From positions 9,734,001 through 9,798,000 of the forward strand of contig OX597830.1 of the NCBI GenBank assembly GCA_951406725.2: DNA of 64,000 bases, written 5' to 3'. The position numbers and the translations under genes were made by a program. This DNA comes from Octopus vulgaris (taxonomy: Eukaryota). Shown here piece by piece: positions 16,001-30,539 of this stretch. The notes beneath the pieces are model-generated. The model ran no database searches. It saw only the letters and a list, made by a program, of their open reading frames with translations, and had not been told where the DNA came from. Position 1 is the stretch's first letter. Every line of letters starts with the position of its first letter.

Positions 16001-16165
16001 CGCAGGAAATGGCTGTGTGGTTAGTAGATTGCTTACCAACCACATAGTTCCAGGTTTAATCCCAATACGTGGCACCTTGGGCAAGTGTCTTCTACTATAG
16101 CCTCGGGCCGACCAAAGCCTTATGAGTGGATTTGGTAGACGGAAACTGAAAGAAGCTCGTGGTAC
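15998..16165 (+). mobile_element. SINE family A, 5' half
   Basis: Head through 'ggaaactgaaagaagc'. Confidence 0.9.
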
Positions 16166-16271
16166 ATATGTGTCTGTGTGTTTATTGATATGTATACATA
16201 TATGCATAAACAGTTATATATATATGTGTGTGTGTGTGTGTGTTATCTATATATACATGTGTGTACGTGCG

Positions 16272-16324
<53 letters not shown>

Positions 16325-16805
16325 GTATACATATATATATATATATATGTATGTACGTGCGTACATATATATATGTATGTATGTACGTGCATACCTATAT
16401 CTATATATATCTATATATATGTACGTATATATATATGCACGCACGCCACACACATATACACACGCATATACGCACTTTTACATGAATCAGCTAATATAAG
16501 CAAGAGGAAATGCTGACATACATCCACGTACATCTCCACACAGTAAAATAGAAACACACAAATACATACACACATACACATACACAAACACACATTACAC
16601 CACAGTGATATCCATACACCTCATAATTACTTCTAATTACCCATATATACACACATATATATACCCATATATACACACATATATATACAAACGTATATAT
16701 ATATATATATATATATACATACGTATATACACAGACACATATATGTATGTACATGTACATATATATATATATATATACATATACCTACATATATATATAC
16801 ATATC

Positions 16806-16845
<40 letters not shown>

Positions 16846-17397
16846 TATATAGAGATATATACGTATACACATATACATATATGTATATATATTCCTACAG
16901 ATGTAGACAAATACATACGCATATATATTCGTGAACCACTAGAGATTTAACCATGCATGTATGCAGACAGAAATCCATACAAGCCACATGCACGCAAGAC
17001 ACTTAATTACATACATATGCAATTCCGATAAAGCACGCACAGAAACAGACATGTTGACATATACACACGTATTCACTTTAATACTTGCAGAGATACAACG
17101 ATATACCTACACCCACACACCCACACACACACACACACACATGGCAAACGAAAGGAATTGGTAACCTTGACGTTTGAACCTTGAAATGATCAAAGACGCT
17201 CGAAAAATGTAGATATTAAATGTACTATTAATAGTAGATATGAGAGAAAATGGCGGAATTGCAGAGATCACGTGAGCGGTGTTACTTTTTAATGGGATTT
17301 CTGGGGAAAATCTAACGGCAGACGACTTATATAACCGTATCATATTATCAATACTAACTCCAACGCTTGCAGCCTACATAAAGATGAAACAGGCATG

Positions 17398-17528
17398 GAA
17401 AACACATGGTTCCTGGTTCAGTCCCATTGCGTGGGACTTTGGACGGGTACTTATCTAATATAGCCTCGAGCCGACCAAAATCTTGTGAGTGGAATAGGTA
17501 GTCAGAAACTGAAAGAAACCCGTCATCT
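17398..17528 (-). mobile_element. SINE family A fragment
   Basis: On the + strand it reads 'cacatggttcctggttcagtcccattgcgtgg...gaaactgaaagaaacccgtc', i.e. the same orientation as 5846. The strand call is therefore uncertain and probably +. Confidence 0.6.
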
Positions 17529-17539
17529 ATACACACACA

Positions 17540-17608
<69 letters not shown>

Positions 17609-17614
<6 letters not shown>

Positions 17615-17913
17615 TAGAAGAAATGAGTTAATCAGAAGATCGGATGGTTTATATTTACAGATATTTATTTGTATATTACAATTTTAATATATATATATCA
17701 TATCACTTAGATCATTAGGGCTTTCTCCCATTCTTGTGGGGTTTTCAAATCAAACCCCACTAGAATGGGAGAAAGCGCTAATGATCTAAGTGATATGATA
17801 TATATGTAAAAAATGTAATATATAAATAAATATCTGTAAATATAAACCATCCGATCTTCTGATTACCTCATTTCTTCTAATATATAATACCTGTACATCA
17901 TCTCCAACCTTCC

Positions 17914-17917
<4 letters not shown>
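17609..17917. mobile_element. ~275-bp palindrome plus ~30-nt one-sided tail, PLE-like
   Basis: Arms at 17609-17744 and 17752-17885. HHR 3' half 'GAAA GCGC TA atgat' at 17771-17785. Flanked by (AT)n. Confidence 0.8.
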
Positions 17918-17955
<38 letters not shown>

Positions 17956-18065
17956 TAGATAAACTTAGATATGTTTCGACCAGAGATTGGTCCAGGCCAT
18001 GTCTAACTTAATAGCACCACCTGATATATATATATATATATACTTATATATATATATATATACAT

Positions 18066-18147
<82 letters not shown>

Positions 18148-18192
18148 GTAGTGCTGAAGCATAAAAAAAAATATCATTATAAGACATGTGTG

Positions 18193-18410
18193 AGGCTGCG
18201 TGCTGGCAGAATCGTTAGCCACGCCATATAAAATTCTTGGCTGCATTTCGTCTGGTTTTATGCTCTGAGTTCAAATTGTGCCGAGGTCGACTTTGCCTTT
18301 CATCCTTTCGGGGTCGATAAACTAAGTACCAGTCAATTACTGGCTTTGATGTGATCGACCATCTCCCCACCACCACACCACAAATTTATGGCCTCGTGCC
18401 TATATTAGAA
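18193..18410 (+). mobile_element. SINE family B monomer (tail 2)
   Basis: Head, Meta-like domain and 'ccaaatttatggcctcgtgcctatattagaaa' tail. Confidence 0.85.
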
Positions 18411-18511
18411 ATATTTATAAGTCAATAGTTACTTCGAAGTTTCTCTAGACTTGGCTTTCCAAAGAGCATTGATATGAAAAGTGTTGTACATATGTGTGTG
18501 TGTGTTTGTAT

Positions 18512-18942
18512 TCTTTTCTACTCTAGGCACAAGACCCAAAATTTTGGAGGAGGGGCCAGTCGATTAGTTCGACCCCAGTACGTAACTGGTACTTAATTTA
18601 TCGACCCCGAAAGGACGAAAGGCAAAGTCGACCTCGGCGGATTTTGAACACAGAACGTAAAGACAGACGAAATACCGCTAAGCATTTCGCCCGGCGTGCT
18701 AACGTTGCTTATTTCTTTATTACCCTCAAGTGGCTAAACATAGAGGGGGGCAAACAAGGACAGACAGACGGATTAAGTCGATTACATCGATCCCAGTACG
18801 TAACTGGCACTTAATTTATCGACCCCGAAAGGCTGAAAAGCAAAGTCGACCTCGGTGAAATTTGAACTCAGAATGTAACGGCAGACGAAATACCGCTTAG
18901 CGTTTTGCCCGACGTGCTAACCTTTCTGCCAGCTCGCTGCCT
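18512..18942 (-). mobile_element. SINE family B dimer with TSD
   Basis: Two units flanked by the direct repeat 'tgtgtgtgtttgtatt'. Confidence 0.92.
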
Positions 18943-19011
18943 TTTGTGTGTGTTTGTATTACATTGTATATGTTTATACCTTTACATGCGCACACACACA
19001 TATTTTTGGAG

Positions 19012-19282
19012 CAAGAGTGAAAGTCGGGGTTTCGAATACGACCAATTACTGTCGTAGTTCTGATCGCAAAACATGGCAACTGGCACCGTGACGGCGTTCG
19101 CTTCAATGACCCGAAGGAAAGCTTGCAGGTAATCATTGTCACCTCTGAGGGCGTGGGTGTAGGGATAGTTACGGAACAGAAACTGAAACGAATTGACCAA
19201 AGGGCGCCACCAGGAGTGGAACCTTAGGCACGCGATTCTGACCCCGGTAGGATTGACAGCGAGATATCTCTTTCTCGATTCC
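19012..19282 (+). pseudogene. Degraded 18S rRNA fragment
   Basis: Colinear with conserved eukaryotic SSU segments: 'caagagtgaaagtcggggtttcgaatacgacc...gtcgtagttc', 'gaaactgaaacgaattgaccaaagggcgccaccaggagtgga', 'aggattgacag...tctctttctcgattcc'. Confidence 0.88.
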
Positions 19283-19566
19283 GATCACAAAACTACCTGC
19301 TCGTGAAATTATCGTGCATGTGGCTGAGAATTCCACAGACACGCCTACTCACTCTTAACGTAGTTCTCAGGGAGATTCAACGTGACACAAGGTATGAAAA
19401 GGCTGTCGATTAGGGTACGGCTCATCTTTGCCAGCTGAGTGGACTGGGGCAAAAGGAAAATAAAGAGTCTTGCTTAAGGACAAGACATGTCACCAGATAT
19501 CGAAATCATAACGTTTCAATTATGAGCCGAATGCCTACCCCTAACTACCAAGCCATGCACCTTCAC
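19283..19566 (-). mobile_element. SINE family E (Nin/Deu-like body)
   Basis: Matches 4690-4990. Confidence 0.8.
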
Positions 19567-19635
19567 ATATAAGCTCACATCACAATAACTGAAAGTAAAA
19601 ACACAGTTAAATCCATACATACATACATACATACA

Positions 19636-19669
<34 letters not shown>

Positions 19670-19811
19670 CATACATACATACATACATATATACATACAT
19701 ACATACATACATACAAACATACATACATGCATACATACATACATACATACATACATACATACATACATACATACATACATACATACATACATACATACGC
19801 ACACACATATG

Positions 19812-20091
19812 TTTGTTTGTTCCTTCTCGAGCCATGCCTGGCTCATTAGGGCCGGTTTCCTGGTTTCCTTGGCATATAGGTTCCCCACCTGGACGGGACG
19901 CCGGTCCGTCGCAGGTGAGCTGCAAGATGCAGGAGGAAAGAGTGAGAGAAAATTGTGGCAAAACAGTCAGCAGACGTTTCGCCATTACCTTCTGCCGGAG
20001 CCGCGTGGAACTTAGGTGCTTCGCTCATAAACACAACACGCGATCCCTCGACCGCGAGTCCGCGGCTCTAACCACCAGGCCATGTGCCTCC
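19812..20091 (-). mobile_element. tRNA-head SINE with V-domain-like segment (family C)
   Basis: Minus-strand head 'ggcacatggcctggtggttagagccgcggac' and V-like 'cctgcgacggaccggcgtcccgtccagg'. Flanked by (CATA)n/(TATG)n. Confidence 0.8.
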
Positions 20092-20174
20092 ACACATACA
20101 TACATACGTATATGTATGTATATATGTATGTGTATATATATATGTGTATTTGAGTGTGTATATACACATATATG

Positions 20175-20206
<32 letters not shown>

Positions 20207-20244
20207 TGTATGTATGTATGTATGTATGTATGTATGTATGTATG

Positions 20245-20275
<31 letters not shown>

Positions 20276-20419
20276 GTATGTTTGTATGTATGTGTGCAAG
20301 TAGGTGTATATGTACAAGTGTTTGTATACATTTTTGGAAGCACAACAAATGTATTTCCGTTAACACCATATGAAAATATACGATCACTAACGTCATCACA
20401 ACCATCATTCACCGTTCTC

Positions 20420-21130
<711 letters not shown>

Positions 21131-21521
21131 TCGTCATAGGTTTCTTCAAACAGCAACGAGAGCAGCAACAACAGCAGCAGCAGCAACAGCAACAATATCG
21201 AGTGGCATAGGAAAATCAACAACAACAACAACAAAGCAAAACACTCAGCAAGATGGAATCTATTGTAGGCTGATCCTAAAACAACGTGTTGACATCTGCT
21301 GCACGTTTCTTTTTTTTTTTTTGTGTGTTTTTTTTTGGCTTGTCTTTTATTTATTTATTTTTTTTTTTTGCATATCTTTGATAGAAACAGCAGATGTGTT
21401 CTTTGGCAGAATGGTCTGGACGGTTCCTATGTGCAGTGCATGGAAAGAAAGACACCGTGTATGCTTGTAAATGTCAGGGTTGAATCTTTCTAATTGGATG
21501 GCCACAGAAATATTATGTCGT

Positions 21522-21648
21522 ATAGAAACATTGCCAGATAAGACCGGAGCCTGGTGCAGCCTTCTGGCTTCTCAGATTCCCGGTCGAACCGTCCAACCCA
21601 TGCTAGCATGGAGAACGGACGTTAAACGATGATGATGATGATGATGAT
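21522..21648 (+). mobile_element. RTE-type LINE/SINE 3' tail ending in (GAT)n
   Basis: 'ggagcctggtgcagccttctggc...aaccgtccaacccatgctagcatggagaacggacgttaaacgatgatgat'. The clade assignment is from memory. Confidence 0.7.
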
Positions 21649-21784
21649 GTTGTGTTGATATACGGATGTATATGTATGCACATGCGTGTGTATGTATATA
21701 TGTTGAATGAGTGTGTATGTAGTGGTATACTGGTATACATGTGCGTGCATGTAAGCATATGTATTCATACATACATGTATATAT

Positions 21785-22093
<309 letters not shown>

Positions 22094-22216
22094 ATATATA
22101 ACTTAGGGTATCTAATTTTAATAATAATTATTACCTTTGAATGTTTTCATTTCCATGCCGGCCACTTGATAACATCGTTATTTAATTTAAATTAACGATC
22201 TTATCCTTATTTATAC

Positions 22217-22251
<35 letters not shown>

Positions 22252-22271
22252 CACATATACATATATATACA

Positions 22272-22498
22272 TACTCTTTTACATGTTTCAGTCATTTGAC
22301 TGCGGCCATGCTGGAACACTGCCCTTAGTCGAGCAAATCGACCCCAGAACTTATTCTTTGTAATCCTAGTACTTATTTTATCAGGGTGTTTTGCCGAACC
22401 GCTAAGTTACGGGGAAGTAAGCACACCAGCATCGGTTGTCAACCGATGTTGGTGGGGGACAAACACAGACACACAAACATACACACACACACACACAC

Positions 22499-22550
<52 letters not shown>

Positions 22551-22683
22551 GCATATATACGACGGGCTTCTTTCAGTTTCCGTCTACCAAATCCACATAC
22601 AAAGCTTTGGTCGGTCCGAGGCTATAGTAGAAGACACTTGCCCAAGGTGCCACGCAGTGGGAATGAACCCAGAAACATGTGGA
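22272..22683 (-). mobile_element. SINE family A (head truncated)
   Basis: Tail and body match. Confidence 0.92.
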
Positions 22684-22689
22684 CCCACG

Positions 22690-23230
22690 AAAGTTCTCTA
22701 AAGTGAGGCTGTGTAGGTCCTTTGTCACACCCTCATTCATCTTCAAAACTCCTGAGGTCCTCCTTCAACGAGTGGAGGTGGAGGGAAATAATCAAAACTC
22801 AAATGGAGTAAGTTTTGGATTGTAGGGGTTGGTGGTGAGTGAGTTACAGTTTTGATGCTCGTCTCTGTCGAGTATTTGGTTACCAGAATGCTCATCAGTG
22901 AACATCCTGGGAACAAAGTTTGCACAGAGTTTGCAAATGCTCATAGCTTCATGAATAATTCTATGTACAGTTGCCACATTAACTCCAAACCGTATCCTTA
23001 TTTTCTTCATAGACACCAAACAATCTTCACCCAGAAAATTGCGCATTTTCTCAAATATCTCTGATGTCCTGATGTCTCTCTTCTTTCCGTGTCTCTCATC
23101 GTCCACACCCACCGCCTTTCCTTGGACCTGTTGTGCTAACGATAAAGTTTATCCATGAGCAGTTTTATGTCCCATTTTTACCCAGTTTAATACAGAATTT
23201 ACTGCATAACCAGCTTCCAAATATCCCAAC
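22690..23230 (-). mobile_element. Internally deleted mariner (DD34D-type) transposase remnant
   Basis: HTH-like 'VDDERHG...FGVNVATVHRIIHE...KLCANFVPRMFTDEH' joined to 'NPYNPKLTPFEF*LFP', a degenerate YSPDLAPxDFxLFP motif. Confidence 0.82.
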
Positions 23231-23309
23231 TTCATTCTGCGACAAGCAGTATTTGGTAGGATGGGTTCAAAGTACTCTTACAGTCACCTCCTTCAAGCTG
23301 AAATGACAA

Positions 23310-24586
23310 AAGCTGGCAGATTAGCTTATTAGAAAGGGTTTTGAAACAGCTGCTTGACCTTTCAGATATCAACGAGATATATCTTGATTTTGCAAAGGCA
23401 TTTGATAAGGTAGATCACAGCATGATATGTCATAAGCTACGAGACCTTAGCATTGCTGGTAAACTGGGAGAGTGGTTGCATGTCTTCCTTAAAGACTGAG
23501 TTCAGGTAGCTGTAGCTAATGGTGTCCTTTCTGAGGAAACTCAAATCCTTAGTGGCGTCCCCCAGGGAACTGTTCTAGGGCCATTGCTGTTCATAATAGC
23601 CCTCTTAGACATTCCCATGGTCACTCGGACAGTCACTGTCAGTAGGTATGCCGACTATACAAAATTATCTTTGGCAATAAAAAAACCAAGATGACATCGC
23701 AAGCTTACAGCGGGACCTGAATTCGATATACAAGTGGGCTGAAATAAACAACATGCAGTTTAATGCTGGAAAATGTCAAGCAACGCACAATCAACTCACG
23801 AATGCACTACATCCTGCATATAGGGGACCCGAAGGCACTACAATCCCAGAGTCACAGGCAGTGAAAAGCTTGGGGACCAGTATGTGCAATGACGCATGGC
23901 AGTAAAGCGCAGACAACTGGCAGGATGGATATTGATGTCTTTCAAGACAAGGGACCAAGAAACTATGCTGATCCAGTGGAGACCCTTTGTTCTCAGCTTC
24001 CTGTACTACTGCTCCCAGTTATGGTCACCACATAGTGCCAAACTAACAGCAGAGCTTGAAGCAGTTCAACACAACTACACTAAAAAGATTGAAACAGTAC
24101 AGCAGATGAGCCACAAGGAGGGGCTGAGAAACTGCAACTTTACTCCCTGGAACGAAGGCTCGACAGATATGTAATAATCTACATATGGAAAACTCTAGAA
24201 GGGCTGGTACCTAATTTCGGCATTGAGTGTTATAGAAATGTCAGAACTGGCCGCCGTTGTATTGTACCAAACATACCATCCACTCTATCTAAATTCAGGA
24301 CCAGGTATTGCAATAGTCTAGGGTTCAAAAGGCCACATCTCTTCAATGCCCTGTCACAAAAATTAAGGAGTCTGCATAAAGTGGAAGTAGGTGGACATGA
24401 GGTACAGACGAGGGCAGTGGAATCAAACTCCCTTATACACCAAATGGGCCAACAGCTGGAACAAAGGGATTACAGGAGTTGTGATGTGAAACACCCCGGA
24501 CTGAGGAAACCAGACAGACCACGGTGGTGCTCCAGCATGGGAGCAGCCGCATGGCTGAAACAAGTAAAAGAGTAAGAGTAAAAGAG
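23310..24586 (+). mobile_element. CR1-group LINE, 3' portion (RT pseudogene plus 3' UTR and tail)
   Basis: YLDFAKAFDKVDH, SGVPQGTVLGPLLF, RYAD(Y)TK, LQRDLNSIYKWAEINNMQFNAGK and YYCSQLWSP, with stops and frameshifts. Confidence 0.93.
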
Positions 24587-24824
24587 AGATGTGTGTGTGT
24601 GTGAGTAAACACATAATATTTAAGGTAAATATATATATCTATGTATGTATATATGAATATACATACTTATATGTATATATGTGTGTGTGAGGGGGTGAAA
24701 ACAGTTGTACATAGTTATATGTTCAATATACCTATATTATACTGTATATTTTCAATATACAAACATGAATTCGATCATCAGATTAAGGAACCTGCTTCAA
24801 CCATTTCCTTAATTTATATTATAG

Positions 24825-24854
24825 ATCTCACTGACGATAACATCCGTATGAGAT
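24825..24854 (+). ncRNA. Internally deleted hammerhead motif
   Basis: ATCTCA-CTGACGA-(8 nt)-GTA-TGAGAT. Stem I is a perfect 6 bp; stem II and GAAA are missing. Confidence 0.45.
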
Positions 24855-25451
24855 AATCTCATTTACCGTGTATTTAGCCCACTTATACCTGGGTATTTAA
24901 TCAATTTATTGATTAGATCATGTGATGTAACATGGGTACGCTGATTTCGTAATAGAGACCAATATATCGGATAATTTCCATTTAGAAATTGGTAAATTTA
25001 TTGTATATCGATGTTTGGATTTAGAGAGATCCGAACTAATGATATTGGAAATTGGGCCATGGTATACGACTACGCATGTGTGTGTGTGCGGGTGTGTGTG
25101 TGTATATATTTATTTATGTAAGTGCCCGTACGATTTTGTTTGTGCGAATGTATATTCGTATGTATGTATGGATGTATATATATGAGCGCGTATGTATATA
25201 TGCGTTAATGTATTAATTATGTGTGCATATTATTTTGTAGGAGTCTGATTCCGTATTTGTATACGTGTAAAAATACATGTATATGGGTCGAAATTGTAAT
25301 GGTTTTTGGCCGACAACTGATGATCGATGACCGTATCCACGTCATTTGTGTATGATTTCCATGCGTTTCTTTGTCGTCTTTCTGTGCAGCCTTTTATTCA
25401 TATAGTTTAATGTAATGCCACGGTTCTGTACTCACCTTCAGTGGAAACCCC

Positions 25452-25567
25452 TAAATGTGGCTGACCCATATGGGACAATGCTACTGTAGTTTATAGCCCC
25501 AGGAAGACATCTCCTCCAGCTGGCTAAACTACAGTAGCATCGTCCCATATGGGTTCAGCCACATTTA
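25452..25567. repeat. Hairpin with ~42-bp arms
   Basis: 'taaatgtggctgacccatatgggacaatgctactgtagttta' and its reverse complement. Confidence 0.9.
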
Positions 25568-25706
25568 TGTGGCAAATATATTTCACGATGCCATGCTGGT
25601 ACTGTTTATATCTCGCTCAGGGTTTTATTATTGGTTATATACATATGTGTGTATATGTGTGTATGCGTGTGTAAGTATGTGCATGAGTATGTATGCACAT
25701 ATACAT

Positions 25707-25854
<148 letters not shown>

Positions 25855-26116
25855 GGTAATCACGGGAATTTGAACGTATGTTCAGTACAGGCACCTTAAA
25901 TAGAGAATCCATGGAATGTTTTACGAATTTCTCATATAGAACCGTTGTTACATAACTGTTGGGTGTTATGGTAGTGAGTATGGTATGAATATCTAGTGTT
26001 TGGGTATAAGAAGTTTAATTTGCACATTAGTTCTCCATAGCTGTTCTCATTTCCTAAATATTTGGCATAAGCATTGTTAAGAATGTACGTGTGCAGTATT
26101 CTTTTTGTTTGTTTGC

Positions 26117-26465
26117 TGTACTTGTTTAAATCATTAGACCGCGGCCCTTCTGGGGCACTGCGTTGAAGATATTTTTTAGTCGAATGAATCCACCCCAGGG
26201 CTTATTTTATTTTTTAATACTGGTTTTCATTCTATCGAACTTTTGCCAAATCGAAAATTTATGGGGACGTAAACACACCAAAACAAGATGTGATGGGGGA
26301 TAGACACAGACACAAGGATACACACAGATACATACACATACTCACACACACGCACATAAATACACACACACGGGATTCTTTCAGTTTCCACTTACAATAC
26401 CCACAAGATTTTGGTCGGCCCGAAGCCATAGCAAAAGACTAATGACTGAGACAAGTAAAAGACAG
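26117..26465 (-). mobile_element. Old SINE family A copy
   Basis: Diverged body match. Confidence 0.7.
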
Positions 26466-26651
26466 AAGATAAACGATGGACACACAGACCAACACATTTT
26501 ATGTATATGTGTGTAAATATGTATATATGCATGCATGTATGTAAGAATGTGTATATGTAGGCGTATATTTATGGTATGTATCCAACTATTCGCTCACGCT
26601 TGTTGACGTCTCTCGAATGCTTAATTAATTGTATAAGGAAACTCGTCGTAT

Positions 26652-27243
26652 TTGTATCTATTCCGATCCATGGTACACTTCCTACTCTTGCCACGCTTCA
26701 TTAGTCAAAAGGAGGTGGGATCTTCACTGAAGGAATTCTTGGTCTCGAAGGGCAAGAATTGGTACCAGCATACGATCAAAGAACTGGCAGAAAGGTGGCT
26801 TCAGGCGGCCATCGCAATGACTTTTACTGTGGATGCTAGGCTGCTTTTGTGGTAAATTGACGAATATAGCAAATATGGAACCAAAATGTTGCAAAACTTT
26901 TGACTTAACACAATAGAATGGAGCATCGAACTGATTCTAAACGCAACATATAGAGCAGACTTGGTTCCCTTTGATTCGTACTTGTTCCGATCCATGGTAC
27001 ACTTCCTGCCCTCACGACGCTTCATCAGACAAGAGGAGATAGAATCTTCAGTGAAGGAATTATCGGCCTCCAAGGATAAGAACTGGTACCAGTATGCGAT
27101 CAAAGAACTGACAGAAAGGTGGCTTCAAGTGGTGCAACGCGATGATGGCCTCTACTCTAAATGCTAGGCTGCTTTCGTTGTAACTTGACGAATAAAGCAA
27201 ATATAGCACCAAAATATTGTAAAACTTTTGACTTAACCCAATA
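26652..27243 (+). mobile_element. Two tandem mariner 3' ends, each with a TIR
   Basis: 'DLVPFDSYLFRSMVHFL...WYQYAIKELTERWLQVV' appears twice. Both copies end 'aaaacttttgacttaac(a/c)caata' (26914 and 27243). Confidence 0.9.
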
Positions 27244-27982
27244 TTTATATTTATATTTTTATGCCTTTTCATGTGTTTTTAATTGCCGACTATCGGGTGT
27301 GCGTATTCTGTCATTAACACACTTTTGGTCCTGGCTCGTTCTCTTACCATAATGGCATTCAGTTTACCCCGAATTTCAAAATACTCTTCTCCATTGTCTC
27401 TTCTCTTTAACTTTAGGCATCGCAACAGGGGGTTCACAGCAAAAGATGGAAATATTTAAAATTACATCCCTGATCATGTCATATGTTGTCTGAGCAGTGT
27501 TCTCATGGTAAACAGAGGCGGAGACGTTAATAAGTGATAGTGTTTATTTTCCACTGAAGTTTTCTACACGGTACAACAAATTGTTTTAAAATATGCCGTT
27601 TGTTTGGGTTTTTCCTTCATTTTACAAGCTTTCATCGTTGTAGGTATATATATGTGTAGGTGTGTGTGTATGTATTTATGTATGTATGCATGTATGCATG
27701 TATGTATAATATTGTATATATATATATATGTGTGTATGTGTGTATGAAAGTATATTTTCATTATTGTATATACTTATATGCATACATACAAACATATGTA
27801 ATATATGTGTATATAATATATGCATGATAATATATATATATGCGTGTATATATATGTTTATATGTATACATACATATGCATATAAATGTATATGCACCTG
27901 TGTATATACGTAATGGTGTATCAATTTCAATATAATTAAAGCATTTCTTACATAATAAGTGTATATGTGTGCGTCTATTTAT

Positions 27983-28066
<84 letters not shown>

Positions 28067-29175
28067 ATATGATATATAACATATACATATGTATATATTT
28101 GTATATATACTCGTACATTGGCGCACATATATGTATAACCTAGCGCATACGTATAAGTATGTACACATATATGTGTTTGTGTGTATGTATGACGGATCTG
28201 TGTCTGTTTGGGTGTGTGGGTGTGGTTATGTGGGCATATGGTTATGTGGGTGTGTGTGGGTGTGTGAGTACACAACTGCGTTGGTGATGGTTCAAACGAG
28301 ATCATTTCATCCCATATCTGAAGAATCGGGTCAATTAAAGAACGCAGCGAAATCTCGCCCGTCTTTTAGCATTTGTCAGATGTAATTCCACAACAGGAAC
28401 TGGGAGAAGATTAGCCTGAAGGAAACACACGCACACACAAATACACACATATACACATACACTCGCACAGACACACTGAAAGCGATATACGTTACCATGC
28501 CTCTTCTAACAGAGGGGCATAAATGGAAAATATATATGGCGGCCAAATGGCCGAAATGTTGAAGCGTCGAAAAGTTCGCTTTACAATATCTGTTCCGACG
28601 CTTTGCGTTTTGGGTTCAAATTCTGTTATTCGTTTCAGGGAAATCAAATACAAGTAAAAACCGAAGGCAGTGATCTGGCGGGGCTGTAACAGACCTCAAC
28701 CCCACCCTACCGTAAATCGGATGTCTTGGATGTGTTCCGGCTTTCTGACTTCAAATTGCTTCCCACCCTCGGCTACTAACTTAGTGCTTGGTTGAACACC
28801 ACCACTTCACACATTGATTATATTTCTTAGACTCTACTTTGTAGGAAACATTCTGGCGAAGTTTTGGAATTGTGAGGACTTCCTTCCGTCTTCACTATAA
28901 GATGATAAGGATATGCTGTAAATGATATGTGTGTGCCTATATGTATATATATATATATATATATACATATATACACACATGCACATCGAGAGAGGTAGAT
29001 AGATTGATGAAGGGTCGTTCTTTACGCTACTGGTCCTGTTTTCCATGCGTTTCTCTCTTTGTTTATGTATTCAACTCTTTTGTTTTCGTTTATCATGTTG
29101 TTTACGGTTAGTGACGTCATGTACACATATGTGCATATATTTACGTACATGTGTGTACATATACATATATATAAA

Positions 29176-29220
<45 letters not shown>

Positions 29221-29394
29221 TTTAATAAAGCTGCAAAGACCTCATAAAAACTGTTATCTGGTGTTTCACGTTCTCGTTTGTCGTACAGTTTTGGTTGAGA
29301 ATGGAACAATATATATATATGTGTGTGTGTGTGTATGTGTGTATGCATATATTATGTATGTATACGTGAATATCCATGTATAAATGTATGTGTT

Positions 29395-29440
<46 letters not shown>

Positions 29441-29961
29441 TACATATACATATATATAAAAGCATGTATGTAAAATTGAGTCTGAGTAATATACATGTGT
29501 ATTTATCCATGCGTAAGACATGAGTGTCCACACGAAAAAAGTCACGCAACGGAACACTTAATAATAATTGAAAAATATACATTCATATGAACATACATAT
29601 ATGACTACACAACACATATATAAACGTATTTTGCCTTCTATGCTTATAATCACCGCAAAGAAATCAGTTAACTCTTATAATGTTAACAGGAAAAGATATG
29701 TGCTTTACAAGACTTCAGTAACTGTCGTTGCAAGGCTTGGAACACTATGATTGCCGAACGTCAACTACGCACGAAACCTGAAGTTAAGATGTATTTTCTT
29801 TAACAAACTATACTATTCTGTTTATATTTCACTTTACTATTACAAGGAATACTCTGTTTCAATTTAGCTTCGTGGAAATACTTATTACTTATCATAGTAA
29901 ACTTATATCATTTAGCAATGTATTGCGAGGTCATAGAGGCAACGTTATGGCATGATTTGTT

Positions 29962-30005
<44 letters not shown>

Positions 30006-30074
30006 AGAACAAAGTGTACGTACGCCGCTATACATATATGCAAAATGGGACAAGAACCCCAAACATCCGGTCCG

Positions 30075-30365
30075 TCGTTGTCATCATTATCATCATCATC
30101 ATAATCGTTGTCGTCATCATCATCATCACCATCATCAGCATCATCATCATCATCATCCTCATCCTCGTCGTCGTCATCATCGTCGTCGTCGTCATCATCA
30201 TCATCATCGTCGTCGTCATCCTCCTCATCGTCGTCGTCGTCGTCATCATCATCATCGTCATCATCATCCTCATCGTCATCGTCGTCGTCATTATAATCAT
30301 CATCATCATCGTCATCATCATCCTCATCGTCGTCGTCGTCATTATCATCAATATCGTCGTCATCG
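30075..30365. repeat. (TCA/TCG)n microsatellite
   Basis: Direct reading. Confidence 0.97.
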
Positions 30366-30539
30366 TGGGTCTTCGCCGCCTTCATCTTCCTCCTACCCCT
30401 CACCATTTTCTTCCAGCATCCAACCCACCCGTAAATAGTTTTTACGATCCCGGCCCCACCAATTCCTGTTGTCCTTTCTCTCTTGCGAGAAAGGATCTTA
30501 AGTCAGAGTGAGACTCAGAGAATAACGGAGAGGGAAGCA

